In this document: in pieces, positions 36,986 through 48,117 of the stretch | Position numbering within the stretch: position 1 is the stretch's first letter | Layout: the number at the start of each line of letters is the position of its first letter | Source: Cyanophyceae cyanobacterium | Lineage (GTDB): Bacteria; Cyanobacteriota; Cyanobacteriia; Cyanobacteriales; JBHJGN01 | Assembly (NCBI GenBank): GCA_050331735.1 | Contig: JBHJGN010000027.1 | Location: 1-49,647, forward strand | Direction of reading: 5' to 3' | DNA length: 49,647 nucleotides | Notes under the pieces: generated by a model | The model's database searches: none | The model's input: the letters and a program-made list of their open reading frames with translations, nothing else | What the model was told of the DNA's origin: nothing | Program-made: the position numbers and the translations under genes

Positions 36986-37041
36986 CCCACACGGCCTTGA
37001 GCATCACATAGGGAGCGATCGCTCTCTCAAGGGGCCAGAGG

Positions 37042-37292
37042 GCGATCGCCTGGGGATGCAGTTTATGGTCGCTGCCGACTACTCACCGCAAGGACTGGTG
37101 GAGCTGATGGAAATTTTAGCGTCGGCGCTTTCCGGCGGGCAACCTCCAGAGTTTTTGAGCACCCATTCCTACCCCGACAACCGCATTGCCGAACTCGAAG
37201 CGCTGATTGCCGAATCTTTCCCGACTGGCATTCCTCCTGAGTTGGAGGAAGCCGGGAGCTTTGCTCAAGTTGTTCAACCCCGCCTGCCCTAG
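37042..37292 (+). pseudogene. C-terminal fragment of an M48 metallopeptidase
   Basis: DRLGMQFM..ADYSPQG...PPEFLSTHS.P.NRI; the HExxH part is missing. Confidence 0.72.
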
Positions 37293-37307
37293 TGTTAAGG
37301 TAAACCG

Positions 37308-37848
37308 ATGAATTTAACCGTTCTCTACTGGATTTTAGTGGCGATCATGTTTGCCGGGGCCATCGGCGAACTGATTCCGGGCATGCCGGGGGCTAGCCTG
37401 ATCCTCTTCTGCATTTTAGTCTGGGCCGTGGTGACGCAGTTCACCGGCATTGGCTGGCCGATTATCGTCGTCTTTGCTCTATTGGTGCTGAGTGCCGCCA
37501 TTGAGTTGCTGGCGACCTACTGGGGGGCCAGACGTTTTGGGGCGAGTCGGTGGGGGCAAATCGGGGCCATCGTGGGACTGGTCTTGGGAATTGTGGGTCT
37601 GCTGCCAGCGCTGCCCTTTGGCGGACCCATTCTCGGTATTTTGTTGGGTCCGTTCGTGGGGGCGTTTGTTGGAGAGTATCTGTCTCGACAACCCCGTTCC
37701 AGGAGGGTCAAGAGTGCGCGTGGCGCTTCAGGCTAGCATCGGTACAGTCGTTGGTACGGTGATTGGCAACCTGATTGATAGCATGTTAGCAATTGTAGCC
37801 GTGATTTTGTTTGTCTTTACGACTTGGCCTCTGGTGCAGTTGCCGTAG
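37308..37848 (+). pseudogene. DUF456 membrane protein with a single frameshift near 37695 (pseudogene or sequencing error)
   Basis: PGMPG, GARRFGASRWG and GPFVGAFVGEY in one frame. The C-terminal helix ALQASIGTVVG...FVFTTWP is in another frame, after a CCCC run. Confidence 0.75.
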
Positions 37849-37958
37849 GGCAAATCTGCTTAATTCATGGTTGCTCACAGCGATAACCACGGGTTAAACT
37901 TCTCTATCTCAACTGGAGAACCAGAAAAGCTTAATAGATAATAAAAGCGTACCTCGCA

Positions 37959-39200
37959 GTGGATACGGGCGATCACGTGACCAACCAGCACCCTTCATTA
38001 CCTCTTCCTCCACCTCTGCTTGTCTCGGAGGCAGATTCCTTTGCCCGCTACACCTTTACTCAACGCCTCCCTTCGATTGCTAAGCGGGTGGTGGCTGAAA
38101 ATAACTACCCGCCCGCTGTCGTTGAGAATATAGAGAACTTAACTCAGGATTTGCTCGCTGGACCAGTCCGCCTCCTCAAAGACGATGGCGGACCGGATAT
38201 CGCCTCCTGGGAACGCTATCTCGAACCGTTCTTGAACCATTCCTGGAACGAAACGCCGTTTTACTTGGCAGAAGCGTATTTCTACCGTCGCCTGCTTGAG
38301 GCGACCCGCTACTTTCAGTCTGAACCAGGGCAGAGAGTAGACCCGTTTGCCCGACAAAAATCTCAGAGCTTGCAGTCAGCAATAGACTTTATCCGGGCAC
38401 TCAGTAAACGAGCCAATCTGGCGCAGAGAACACCTAATCAGACAGACTTAATCAGGCTGCTGTATCTGTCGCTGTGGGGGAATCGAGTAGACTTAAGCCT
38501 GTGGCCTGCTGGCGAGGAGGCTCGCCGTCTGATGAAGTCTAATCAGAAAAATATTTTAGTAGACGATACGGCTTTGCTGGTGGAGCTAATCAGCGAAGGA
38601 ATGTGGATTGACTTCATTATCGATAATGCTGGCTACGAGCTAGTGTGCGATCTGAGCTTGATAGACTTTCTGCTGACTGCTGGAGTGGCTCAAGTCGTGC
38701 ATCTGCACCTCAAACCTCATCCCCTCTTTGTCTCTGATGCCACCATCGAGGATGTCTACCGCACCTTAGAAGTGCTTGCTGCTGATAGCGAAAAATCAGT
38801 GCAATCCCTGGCGCAGCGTCTGCAAGGTCAACTTAGCAGCGGTCGACTATGTTTGCATGATAATTTTTTCTGGACCTCCCCCTTGGCTTTCTGGGAGATG
38901 CCAGACCTCCTCCGCCAGGAGTTAGCAGAAGCCGCTCTTGTCTTTATCAAAGGAGATGCTAACTATCGCCGTTTGCTAGGCGACCGGCACTGGCCGTTGA
39001 CGACCGCTGTTGCAGAGATCGCGGGTTACTTCCCGGCTCCGTTGGCAGCGCTACGCACCCTCAAATCGGAAGTAGCAGCAGGTCTTCAACCGGCGCAGGT
39101 AGAGTCCCTCAACCGCAAAGACCCAGAGTGGTTAACCAACGGGCAGTGGGGCGTGATTCAGGTAGTGAAGCCATCGTCTCCTTCAGGAGGCAGGAGTTAA
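37959..39200 (+). CDS. DUF89 / ARMT1-like damage-control phosphatase
   Basis: SLWGNRVDLS, IDNAGYEL, FVSDAT, KGDANYRRL, LRTLKS motifs. Confidence 0.9.
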   Translation: MDTGDHVTNQHPSLPLPPPLLVSEADSFARYTFTQRLPSIAKRVVAENNYPPAVVENIENLTQDLLAGPVRLLKDDGGPDIASWERYLEPFLNHSWNETPFYLAEAYFYRRLLEATRYFQSEPGQRVDPFARQKSQSLQSAIDFIRALSKRANLAQRTPNQTDLIRLLYLSLWGNRVDLSLWPAGEEARRLMKSNQKNILVDDTALLVELISEGMWIDFIIDNAGYELVCDLSLIDFLLTAGVAQVVHLHLKPHPLFVSDATIEDVYRTLEVLAADSEKSVQSLAQRLQGQLSSGRLCLHDNFFWTSPLAFWEMPDLLRQELAEAALVFIKGDANYRRLLGDRHWPLTTAVAEIAGYFPAPLAALRTLKSEVAAGLQPAQVESLNRKDPEWLTNGQWGVIQVVKPSSPSGGRS

Positions 39201-39402
39201 AAATCAGTTTTGCTAGAGGAACCCATGCGGTATTCGTCTAGAATTGAAGCAAAGCTTTATAGTTTCGCCTGCCCGTAGCATTGGTTAACCCCTCATCTTT
39301 TGACGGATGCTATGAATGCTAGTTGGGCATTCAAATTGTTGTCGTGAATAACTTGATTCAGACAAGCCTCAAATGCGGACATTAATATAGTTGAAGAAGA
39401 AT

Positions 39403-42120
39403 ATGATGCCGGTTCCATTGCAATCCCCTGCTGACAAGCAACCCTTTTATCATCAGTCCGAACAAGAAGTCATTGAATGCTTCAGTAGCGATGCCGAGGT
39501 AGGCTTATCCGCAGAAGCAGTGGCCAGTCGCTACGAGAAATATGGCTGGAATGAGCTGCACTTTAAGCCAGGGAAACCAGCATGGCTAAGATTTCTGCTG
39601 CAATTTCATCAACCGTTGCTTTACATTCTGTTGGTGGCAGGAGCGATTAAAGCCGCGTTAGGGTCGTGGACAAACGCCGCCGTGATTTGGGGCGTGACGG
39701 TGATCAATGCGGTGATTGGCTACGTACAGGAAGCTCAAGCAGAAGGAGCGATCGCTTCTTTGGCGAAAACGGTTACGACAGAAGTCAACGTGCTCAGAGA
39801 AGGGCAAACTCTGCGGATTCCCTCGCGGGACTTAGTGCCAGGAGATATTGTCTTGCTCGCATCGGGAGATAAAGTGCCCGCAGATTTAAGACTGCTGAAG
39901 ATGCGCAATTTGCAGGTTGATGAGTCTGCCCTTACCGGGGAATCTGTGCCTGTCAATAAATCGCTTCAGCCCTTACCACCCGATACTCCTTTGGCGGAAA
40001 GAACGAATATGGCCTATGCAGGGAGTTTCATCACCTTTGGGCAAGGGAAAGGAATAGTTGTTGCCACCGCCAATAATACTGAAGTGGGGCAAATTTCTCA
40101 GGCGATGGAAAAACGAGTCAGTTTGAGTACGCCCTTAACTCGGAAATTTGCTAAATTCAGCCGCACTCTCCTCTATACCGTTTTAGCCTTAGCCGCCCTC
40201 ACGTTTGCTATCGGATTAGGCCAAGGGGAATCGTGGTTCTATATGTTTGAAGCTACCGTCGCTTTAGCAGTGAGCGCCATTCCCGAAGGGCTACCCGCCG
40301 TCGTTACCATCACGTTAGCCATTGGAGTCAATCGCATGGCCAACCGCCATGCCATTATTCGGAAACTACCAGCCGTGGAAGCATTGGGCAGTGCGACCGT
40401 GATTTGTTCTGATAAAACGGGAACGCTGACAGAGAACCAAATGACGGTACAGACGATCTACGCCGGAGAAGACTATTACGCCGTGAGTGGAAGCGGCTAT
40501 AGTCCTAAAGGAGAAATTAGCCATAGCCAGTCTGGAACAGCCTTTGAAGATGGCTTGCCCCCGGCTTTGGAAGAATGTTTAGTGGCGGGAATACTGTGTA
40601 ATGACTCGCAACTCAAACACGCCGGAGAAGAGTGGTCGGTGGTTGGAGATCCCACAGAAGGCGCTCTCATTACGGCAGCCGCTAAAGCCAGCTTGAGTCA
40701 ATCGGGTCAGAATGCCGCCAGACCGCGATTGGACTCGATTCCTTTTGAATCTCAGTATCAGTATATGGCCACCCTGCACGATACGGCTGCTCCTGTGATT
40801 TACGTGAAAGGCTCGGTGGAGGCGCTGCTTGGTCGTTGTGCTCAGATGATGGATGGCCACGGTCAGAGGATTGCGCTGAACTTCCAACAGATCGAACAAG
40901 CTGTAGAAACGCTCGCAGAACAGGGGCTACGGGTGCTCGCCTTTGCTAAAAAAGAACCGCCGACCCATCAACATTCTCTCGATCACGAAGATATTGAAGA
41001 CCTCGTTTTTCTGGGGTTACAGGGGATGATCGATCCGCCTCGCCCAGAGGCGATCGCAGCGGTTCATGCCTGTCAAGCGGCGGGAATCAACGTGAAAATG
41101 ATTACCGGCGATCATATTACCACTGCCCAGGCGATCGCCAAACGGATGGGAATTCAAAAATCCGGGCAGGTGTTAGGTTTTGAAGGGCAACAGTTAGCCC
41201 AGATGGACGAGCGGGAATTGGCTCAGGTGATTGAAGATGGCGCGGTCTTCGCCCGAGTGGCCCCGGCTCAAAAACTTCAGCTCGTGGAAGCTCTCCAGTC
41301 GCGGGGAGAAATCGTGGCCATGACTGGAGATGGAGTCAACGATGCTCCGGCTCTTAAGCAAGCCGATATTGGCATTGCGATGGGGAAAGGAGGCACAGAA
41401 GTGGCCCGAGAATCGGCGGATATGCTGCTCACCGACGACAATTTTGCGTCCATCGAAGCAGCGGTCGAAGAAGGGCGCACCGTCTATCAAAATCTGCGCA
41501 AGGCGATCGCCTTTCTCTTACCCGTTAACGGCGGTGAATCGATGACCATTCTTATTAGTGCATTACTAGCACGGGATTTACCGATTCTGTCTCTACAGGT
41601 ACTGTGGCTCAACATGATCAACTCAATCACCATGACTGTCCCCCTCGCTTTTGAACCTAAATCTCCAGGGGTGATGCAGCAGCCACCGAGCAATCCCCAG
41701 GAACCCTTGCTCAACCGCCGCTTACTGCTGCGGATTTTAGCTGTATCCATCTTCAACTGGATTTTGATTTTTGGGATGTTTGAGTGGGCGAAAGCCACTA
41801 CGGGAGACGTTACCGTGGCTCGTACTATGGCTATTCAAGCCCTGGTCGCCGCACGGATTATCTACCTGCTCAGTATTAGTCAATTAGGGCTTAGTTTGGC
41901 GGCTTATCTGCGCCGGAGAACCACATCTATTGTTAAAGCCCCAATATTAATTAGCGGTATTTTGGCAGCGGTGATTCTCCAAATTGTGTTTAGCCAGTGG
42001 GGAGTGATGAACACCCTCTTTGAAACTGCACCTCTAACATTTAACCAGTGGCTTGTCTGTTTACTTCCGATGCTCCCGATGATACCAATGGCAATTGTGG
42101 CGCACTTACTTGATCCATAA
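39403..42120 (+). CDS. P-type IIA-like cation-transporting ATPase
   Basis: TGES, IPEGLP, DKTGT, KGS.E, DPPR, MITGD and TGDGVND motifs. Confidence 0.95.
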   Translation: MMPVPLQSPADKQPFYHQSEQEVIECFSSDAEVGLSAEAVASRYEKYGWNELHFKPGKPAWLRFLLQFHQPLLYILLVAGAIKAALGSWTNAAVIWGVTVINAVIGYVQEAQAEGAIASLAKTVTTEVNVLREGQTLRIPSRDLVPGDIVLLASGDKVPADLRLLKMRNLQVDESALTGESVPVNKSLQPLPPDTPLAERTNMAYAGSFITFGQGKGIVVATANNTEVGQISQAMEKRVSLSTPLTRKFAKFSRTLLYTVLALAALTFAIGLGQGESWFYMFEATVALAVSAIPEGLPAVVTITLAIGVNRMANRHAIIRKLPAVEALGSATVICSDKTGTLTENQMTVQTIYAGEDYYAVSGSGYSPKGEISHSQSGTAFEDGLPPALEECLVAGILCNDSQLKHAGEEWSVVGDPTEGALITAAAKASLSQSGQNAARPRLDSIPFESQYQYMATLHDTAAPVIYVKGSVEALLGRCAQMMDGHGQRIALNFQQIEQAVETLAEQGLRVLAFAKKEPPTHQHSLDHEDIEDLVFLGLQGMIDPPRPEAIAAVHACQAAGINVKMITGDHITTAQAIAKRMGIQKSGQVLGFEGQQLAQMDERELAQVIEDGAVFARVAPAQKLQLVEALQSRGEIVAMTGDGVNDAPALKQADIGIAMGKGGTEVARESADMLLTDDNFASIEAAVEEGRTVYQNLRKAIAFLLPVNGGESMTILISALLARDLPILSLQVLWLNMINSITMTVPLAFEPKSPGVMQQPPSNPQEPLLNRRLLLRILAVSIFNWILIFGMFEWAKATTGDVTVARTMAIQALVAARIIYLLSISQLGLSLAAYLRRRTTSIVKAPILISGILAAVILQIVFSQWGVMNTLFETAPLTFNQWLVCLLPMLPMIPMAIVAHLLDP

Positions 42121-42191
42121 CCGAATAGCGTCGCTCATCGGTCTTGATAAGATTACGGAGTATATTGAACCGGACAGCATATTGAAAATAT

Positions 42192-42740
42192 ATGACTTCA
42201 ACTACATACAAATGGTCAATCGAAGACTGGCATAAATTAGTTGAATCTGGGCTGCTAGAAGGAAAGTCAGTAGAACTCCTAGAAGGAGAAATCGTTAACA
42301 TGAGTCCCGAAGGGATTTCTCATAGTTATACAAATCGTTCTGTAGCTAATCATTTGCGAGCTCTTCTAACAAATAAAGCCATCATTAGCGAAGCCCATCC
42401 GATTACCTTAGACAATTCCGAACCCGAACCAGATATTGCAGTAGTTCGTTTACCAGAGACGATTTATCGCCATCACCATCCTTACCCAGAAGATATTTAT
42501 TGGCTAGTCGAAATTTCATACAAAACCCTAAAAATAGACCTGGAGCAAAAGCCTCAAACTTATGCGCGTAACGGCATATCTGAATATTGGGTTATTGACT
42601 TAATTAACAAAAAACTCATCGTCCACACGCAACCGAATAACAACGGTTACAATCAAGTTCAAGAATTTACCAGGGGAACTGTTACTTCTCAATCTTTTCC
42701 AAAGATTGCTATAGCATTGGAAAAAATTTTATTGTTTTAG
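42192..42740 (+). CDS. Uma2-family endonuclease-fold protein
   Basis: VELLEGEIV.MSP, EPEPDIAV, LVEIS, YARNGISEYWVIDL motifs. Confidence 0.92.
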   Translation: MTSTTYKWSIEDWHKLVESGLLEGKSVELLEGEIVNMSPEGISHSYTNRSVANHLRALLTNKAIISEAHPITLDNSEPEPDIAVVRLPETIYRHHHPYPEDIYWLVEISYKTLKIDLEQKPQTYARNGISEYWVIDLINKKLIVHTQPNNNGYNQVQEFTRGTVTSQSFPKIAIALEKILLF

Positions 42741-42814
42741 CCTCAACTGGGGCAAGAACTTTGTGATTTCTAGTCAGAAGAGCGATCGCGATCGCACTGA
42801 GACAAAAAATAAAT

Positions 42815-42844
42815 TGCCAGAATCAGCAAACGTTGATTCTGGCA
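42815..42844. terminator. Hairpin between convergent Uma2 and nifJ
   Basis: TGCCAGAATCA-gcaaacgt-TGATTCTGGCA. Confidence 0.65.
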
Positions 42845-42863
42845 GTCAGTTAAATCCTGAACG

Positions 42864-45800
42864 CTATTGCGCTGCTAAATATTGATACATTTGCCACCGA
42901 GAGGTAACATCGTCTTGATACTCTTGCAGTAGCTCTTTAGCGTGGTCTGGGTCAGCTTTAGCCAGCATCTTGAACCGATTCTCAGCGTAGACTGATTTAT
43001 CTACCTGCGCTTTTGGCTCAGGGCTATCGAGTCGTAAAGGATTCTTCCCTGATTCTTTGAGGTCAGGATTGTAGCGATAGAGCAACCAGCGACCGCTATC
43101 TACGAGAGTTTTCTGATGACTCATAGCGGTACTCATATTGATGCCGTGAGCGATACAGTGGCTGTAGGCAATAATCAGGGAGGGACCGTCGTAGGCTTCT
43201 GCTTCTAAGAAGGTTTTGAGGGTTTGTTCGGGTTTCGCCCCCATCGCTACACTCGCTACATAAACGTTTCCATAGGTCATGGCAATGAGCCCCAAATCTT
43301 TCTTCGCTGCTGGCTTACCGCTGGCGGCAAACTTAGCCACTGCGCCTCTAGGAGTTGCTTTGGAGGATTGACCGCCCGTATTGGAGTACACTTCTGTATC
43401 CATCACCAGAATGTTGACATTCCGTCCGCTAGCAATGACGTGATCTAAACCGCCGTAACCGATATCGTAAGCCCAGCCATCCCCGCCGATAATCCAAACA
43501 CTCTTCTTAACCAGGTAGTCTGCGAGGCTGAATAGCTGTTCTTTGGCTGATTGCTGATTGATAGTTAATTGCTGGAGTTTTTGTTTAAGGTGCGCAACGC
43601 CTTCTCGTTGAGCGTAAATATCGGCTTCTGATTTTTGCGGATTGTGGAGGAGGGCGGTTACTAAATTGTCTCCGAGTTCTCCGGCTAGGGATTGAAGGAG
43701 TTCTGAGGCAAAGCGGGTGTGTTTATCGATGGAGACGCGGAAGCCTAAACCAAATTCGGCGTTGTCTTCAAACAGGCTGTTTGCCCAGGCTGGTCCTTGT
43801 CCTTGAGCATTTTGTGTCCAGGGAGTGGTGGGCAGATTGCCCCCGTAGATGGAAGAACAGCCCGTGGCATTGGCAACCACCATGCGATCGCCAAAGAGCT
43901 GAGTGACCATTTTGAGATAGGGGGTTTCGCCACAGCCAGCACAAGCGCCAGAAAACTCAAACAGGGGTTCTTCGAGCTGTTGCTGACGAATTTGGTTCAG
44001 TTTGAGGTCGCGGCGATCGCTCAGAGGTAACTGGAGGAAGAAGTCCCAGTTGGCGCGTTCTGGCTCCCGGAGAGGAAGCTGAGGAGCGAGATTGATTGCT
44101 CGGCGCTCAGGATTGGCTCGGTCTTTCGCCGGACAAACATCGATACACACAGCGCACCCCGTACAGTCTTCTGGGGCTACCTGAAGGGTGAAGTTCTGTC
44201 CTTTGAAATCCTTATCCCTGGCGGCGATCGCCTTGAAGGCTGCGGGGGCTGATTCTAAGTGGTTGGGTTCGTAGACTTTACTGCGAATCGCACTGTGGGG
44301 GCATACCGTCACGCATTTATTGCACTGAACGCAGCTATCTGGCTCCCAAACCGGAATAAACTGGGCTACATTGCGTTTTTCCCATTTCGATGTCCCGGAG
44401 GGGTATGTGCCGTCGCAGGGGAGGGCGCTGACGGGCAGTTCGTCGCCGCGATGGGAGATCATTTTGCCGATGACATCGCGGACGAAGGGGGGAGCCGTGT
44501 TGGGAAGCGGGGAAGGGTTGGAGCAATCGCGACCAAGCACTACCTGGGGAATTTCCACTCGATGGAGGTTCTCTAAGGTGGCATCGACGGCTTGCAGATT
44601 CTTTTGAACCACCTTTTCTCCTTTTTTGCCGTAGGTTTTCTGAATGGCTTGTTTAATTTTGGCGATCGCTTCGGCTTGGGGCAATACATCTGCCAGGGCA
44701 AAGAAACAGGTTTGCAGAATGGTGTTGATTCTGCCTGCCATGCCGCACTTTCGAGCCACGCGATCGGCGTTGATGGTGTAGAGGTGAATCCCCTGGCGAA
44801 CGATTTGCTCCTGAACCTGGAGCGGAAGCTGATCCCAAACTTCCTCGGGTTCGTAGGGACTGTTGAGCAGGAAGGTGGCTCCCGCCGCCGCCGCTTCCAG
44901 CACATCTAGCTTCTCCAAAAACGTCCACTGGTGACAGCCGACGAAGTTGGCTTCCTCGATGAGATAGGGGGAACGAATCGGTTCGGGTCCAAAACGCAGG
45001 TGAGAAACCGTCACCGCCCCAGATTTCTTAGAGTCGTAGACGAAGTAGCCCTGGGCGTAGTTATCGGTTTCGGTGCCGATAATTTTGATGGTGTTTTTGT
45101 TTGCCCCTACTGTACCATCAGACCCCAAGCCGTAGAACATCGCTCGGAACACCGTATCGGGTTCGATCGAGAGGGTATCAAAGGCTAAAGACGTGTGGCT
45201 GAGGTCGTCGTTGATGCCGATGGTGAATCTGTTTTGGGGCTGCGATCTCTTGAGGTTGTTGAAAATTCCCGCGATCATGCCAGGATTAAATTCTTTAGAA
45301 GAGAGCCCGTAACGACCGCCAACGACTTTAGGGAAAACGGGTAAATACTGCTCCCAACATTGAGATAGGGCCGTAACAACATCTAAATAAAGGGGTTCTC
45401 CAGTACTGCCAGGTTCCTTGGTGCGATCCAAGACAGCAATGCGCTTCACTGTTTTAGGCAGCGCAGCGACAAATCTTGACGCATCAAAAGGACGATAGAG
45501 GCGTACTTTGAGAACCCCCACCTTTTCCGTTGTTGTTTGTGTGAGGAAATCTACCGTTTCTTGCACCGCTTCACAGCCTGACCCCATTAACACAATCACT
45601 CGTTCGGCGTCTTCGGCTCCGTAATATTCATAGAGCTGATAGTATCGTCCTGTCCGTTCTCCGAGTCGGTCCATCGCCTGCTGTACCGCATCAGCACAGC
45701 TAGCGTAGAACGGATTGACGCTTTCACGAGCCTGGAAATACACGTCGGGGTTTTGGGCGGTGCCTCTCACTATCGGGTGATCGGGAGTGAGGGCGCGATC

Positions 45801-46412
45801 GCGGTGGGCAAAGACTAGTTTATTATCGATTAAGGCTTGCAGATCTTCTTGTTCGAGTAGCTCAATCTTTTGAATTTCGTGGGAGGTGCGAAACCCGTCA
45901 AAGAAGTGTAGAAACGGAACTCGCGCCTCTAGAGTCGCCGCCTGAGCAATGAGGGCAAAATCATGGGCTTCCTGGACTGAAGCCGAACACAGCAGGGCAA
46001 ACCCCGTCGCGCGAGCCGCCATCACGTCGCTGTGGTCGCCGAAGATGGAGAGTGCCTGAGCCGCGAGCGAGCGCGCGGCGACATGAATCACGGCACTGGT
46101 TAACTCCCCAGCAATTTTGTAGAGGTTGGGGAGCATGAGTAACAGTCCTTGAGAGGCTGTAAAGGTCGTCGTTAAAGAGCCTGTTTGCAGAGCCCCGTGG
46201 ACGGCTCCGGCAGCTCCTCCTTCCGACTGCATCTCGACGATACTCGGTACAGTGCCCCAGAGATTAGGACGACCTTCTGCTGACCAAGCATCTGCCCATT
46301 CTCCCATCGGGGAAGAAGGGGTAATCGGATAAATCGCAATGACTTCGTTGAGTTGATAGGCAACGCGGGCAACGGCCTCATTCCCGTCGATTGTGGCAAA
46401 TTTGGTATTCAT
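42864..46412 (-). CDS. nifJ: Pyruvate:ferredoxin/flavodoxin oxidoreductase
   Basis: YPITPSS, EMQSEGGA, two CxxCxxCxxxCP clusters, FSGACAGCGETPY, GGDGWAYDIG motifs. Confidence 0.97.
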   Translation of the reverse strand: MNTKFATIDGNEAVARVAYQLNEVIAIYPITPSSPMGEWADAWSAEGRPNLWGTVPSIVEMQSEGGAAGAVHGALQTGSLTTTFTASQGLLLMLPNLYKIAGELTSAVIHVAARSLAAQALSIFGDHSDVMAARATGFALLCSASVQEAHDFALIAQAATLEARVPFLHFFDGFRTSHEIQKIELLEQEDLQALIDNKLVFAHRDRALTPDHPIVRGTAQNPDVYFQARESVNPFYASCADAVQQAMDRLGERTGRYYQLYEYYGAEDAERVIVLMGSGCEAVQETVDFLTQTTTEKVGVLKVRLYRPFDASRFVAALPKTVKRIAVLDRTKEPGSTGEPLYLDVVTALSQCWEQYLPVFPKVVGGRYGLSSKEFNPGMIAGIFNNLKRSQPQNRFTIGINDDLSHTSLAFDTLSIEPDTVFRAMFYGLGSDGTVGANKNTIKIIGTETDNYAQGYFVYDSKKSGAVTVSHLRFGPEPIRSPYLIEEANFVGCHQWTFLEKLDVLEAAAAGATFLLNSPYEPEEVWDQLPLQVQEQIVRQGIHLYTINADRVARKCGMAGRINTILQTCFFALADVLPQAEAIAKIKQAIQKTYGKKGEKVVQKNLQAVDATLENLHRVEIPQVVLGRDCSNPSPLPNTAPPFVRDVIGKMISHRGDELPVSALPCDGTYPSGTSKWEKRNVAQFIPVWEPDSCVQCNKCVTVCPHSAIRSKVYEPNHLESAPAAFKAIAARDKDFKGQNFTLQVAPEDCTGCAVCIDVCPAKDRANPERRAINLAPQLPLREPERANWDFFLQLPLSDRRDLKLNQIRQQQLEEPLFEFSGACAGCGETPYLKMVTQLFGDRMVVANATGCSSIYGGNLPTTPWTQNAQGQGPAWANSLFEDNAEFGLGFRVSIDKHTRFASELLQSLAGELGDNLVTALLHNPQKSEADIYAQREGVAHLKQKLQQLTINQQSAKEQLFSLADYLVKKSVWIIGGDGWAYDIGYGGLDHVIASGRNVNILVMDTEVYSNTGGQSSKATPRGAVAKFAASGKPAAKKDLGLIAMTYGNVYVASVAMGAKPEQTLKTFLEAEAYDGPSLIIAYSHCIAHGINMSTAMSHQKTLVDSGRWLLYRYNPDLKESGKNPLRLDSPEPKAQVDKSVYAENRFKMLAKADPDHAKELLQEYQDDVTSRWQMYQYLAAQ

Positions 46413-47028
46413 GATGTTCTCCCAATGCTCTCCTCCCTAGCGACGGCAGTTAAGTCCAACGTTTAGGGGAGAGCCGTATTCCGTGATAATGTGTTCAATG
46501 GATGCGATCGCCTGAGCTTTGGTTTGAGAGGTGGGCGCTGAATAGGTCATCAGCAATGGGTCTAATGTTAGTCATTGGCCTAGTTTGGTCTAGGCTGTCA
46601 TGACGATAAGCAGCAATGCCAATACAACTGTTATCGGTGCTGCGCCTGACCATTTAACAATTGCACATTTAACAACCAGTAGGGTAATACCCCTAGACTA
46701 ATGAAGCTTAAGCCGCAAATTAGAGTGAGCATCAGTTTTACCTCTCTCGAAATCGCTTTAATATTTTGTTTATACCAGAGGCCTTCAGCTCTTCTGTTCT
46801 TAGCATGGCGAGTTTAGATTGCTTATAGTTAGTTAAATCTGTACTCAAGCCGAGCGAGTCTTTGAGGCAGCGTCGTTCTGAATTTTTTGCCGGGTCGGGA
46901 TGTGAGTGTTTTTGCCGGGTCGAGAGGTATTTTTCGGTCAAGTTACGAGTCTTTATGCACTCATGGGGCTAAATATTAATAGGCGCTCTGCCCGCATCCT
47001 CACTCAACAGTTTAACCAGCCTACTTCT

Positions 47029-47274
47029 TTAATTAATGACATTGTCCAAGCTAAAACTGCTTCTGGGCGATCGCCACAAACGATCAGGTTCTTTTCTATC
47101 TAAAATCGTCGGTTGTAAACGCTCTACAGTTGATGGAGAGAAAAACTGTTCGCCTGTTTCTTCATTTACACGGGCAGGCACGTTCTCAATTAGAACAACT
47201 TCACCGTTCAGATTTAACGCGTATGTTACCGGCTTCTCAACCAATGTCTCTTGCCAATCAGTTATCATCGTCAT
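47029..47274 (-). CDS. YgiT-type / MqsA-like small protein (antitoxin-like, Cys-less); no cognate toxin seen
   Basis: VTY.L..NG.V.LIENVPARV..ETGEQFFSP.TVERLQ motif. Confidence 0.7.
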   Translation of the reverse strand: MTMITDWQETLVEKPVTYALNLNGEVVLIENVPARVNEETGEQFFSPSTVERLQPTILDRKEPDRLWRSPRSSFSLDNVIN

Positions 47275-47297
47275 TTAACTATTTTGTGCTGAGAAGT

Positions 47298-47321
47298 TCC
47301 GGTGCAGCGCGATTGTTAGAC
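47298..47321 (-). repeat. Half attC-like site
   Basis: Minus strand reads GTCTAAC-aatcgcgctgcaccgga (RYYYAAC plus L-box-like arm); the matching right arm is absent. Confidence 0.45.
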
Positions 47322-47508
47322 CGCGCTGCATCATCACTGAGCTCTGCCCTCCCACGGCTTTGATTTTAGTAGGCTTTCGATAACTAACCAAGAATTGGAG
47401 GTTCAAGGGCAAAGAGCTGCTGTGCTTGCCTTTCCCCCAACTCATCAAGTCTCCTATTACTTCTAATTGGTATAATCTTCTGGTTACGTCCTCACCGAAG
47501 ACTCAGCG

Positions 47509-47592
47509 GCATAACGTTGCCCATCACCTGCCGCAGCTCACCTTTGTAGCATACGATTAACTCTCAACGGTCGGTGTGCATGAGCGTTTAGT
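47509..47592 (-). mobile_element. Integron attC-like site overlapping the SnoaL stop codon
   Basis: Minus strand: GACTAAAC-gctcatgcacaccgaccg...gcggcaggtgatgggcaac-GTTATGC. It is an imperfect palindrome with R''/R'-like ends. Confidence 0.6.
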
Positions 47593-47971
47593 CATCAAAA
47601 CTGGACGATGGAAGTGGACAGACTTCCATTGCTTGAATCAATCCATTCTCCATAGTAAAACGGTGACCGACGTGCTGATCGGCAAGCACGGCTCCAGCCA
47701 GATCGCGCACGACCTGATGCACCTCAACCAGGATCTGCCCATTGCCCTCTGGGTGAAAGGCTACCGGATCGTTGTGTGCGTCGATCTCGCTCCACTGCTC
47801 CATCCAGTAAGCACGGACTTCTTCAGGCCCGCGGACAAAACCGCCTTTGAATGCTCTCGGCCAATGCACGTTAGGAGTCATAAGGGCGAGGACGGCATCA
47901 ATGTCACGGGTGTTGAAAGCCGTATACGCGGCGTGTAGTAGCTCGATTTCTGTTGCAGGTTGATTTGGCAT
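47588..47971 (-). CDS. SnoaL/NTF2-like protein
   Basis: AYTAFNTRDIDAVLALM.P.V.WP...G.EEVRAYW..QW...VEVHQVVRDL.G motif. Confidence 0.88.
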   Translation of the reverse strand: MPNQPATEIELLHAAYTAFNTRDIDAVLALMTPNVHWPRAFKGGFVRGPEEVRAYWMEQWSEIDAHNDPVAFHPEGNGQILVEVHQVVRDLAGAVLADQHVGHRFTMENGLIQAMEVCPLPSSSFDD

Positions 47972-48117
47972 AGGAGATACGGGAAAGGAAATGGAACAGC
48001 GTCTCTTGTAGACGCCCCTACAATAGTCTGAGCCTCGACCTGCTGTCTCATCCAATTCTGCTAAAGTTATCCTAATCCTGCTTGAGATGTGAGCTCTTGA
48101 GTCGGTTAAAGCCTATC

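Noticed and set aside
43224..46399. Numerous short overlapping or antisense ORFs inside nifJ (likewise in sbtA, the ATPase and the ABC gene)
   Set aside because: Shadow ORFs of well-supported long genes.
42864..46412. Nitrogen-fixation cluster
   Set aside because: PFOR is a general fermentative enzyme in cyanobacteria; no other nif genes are present.
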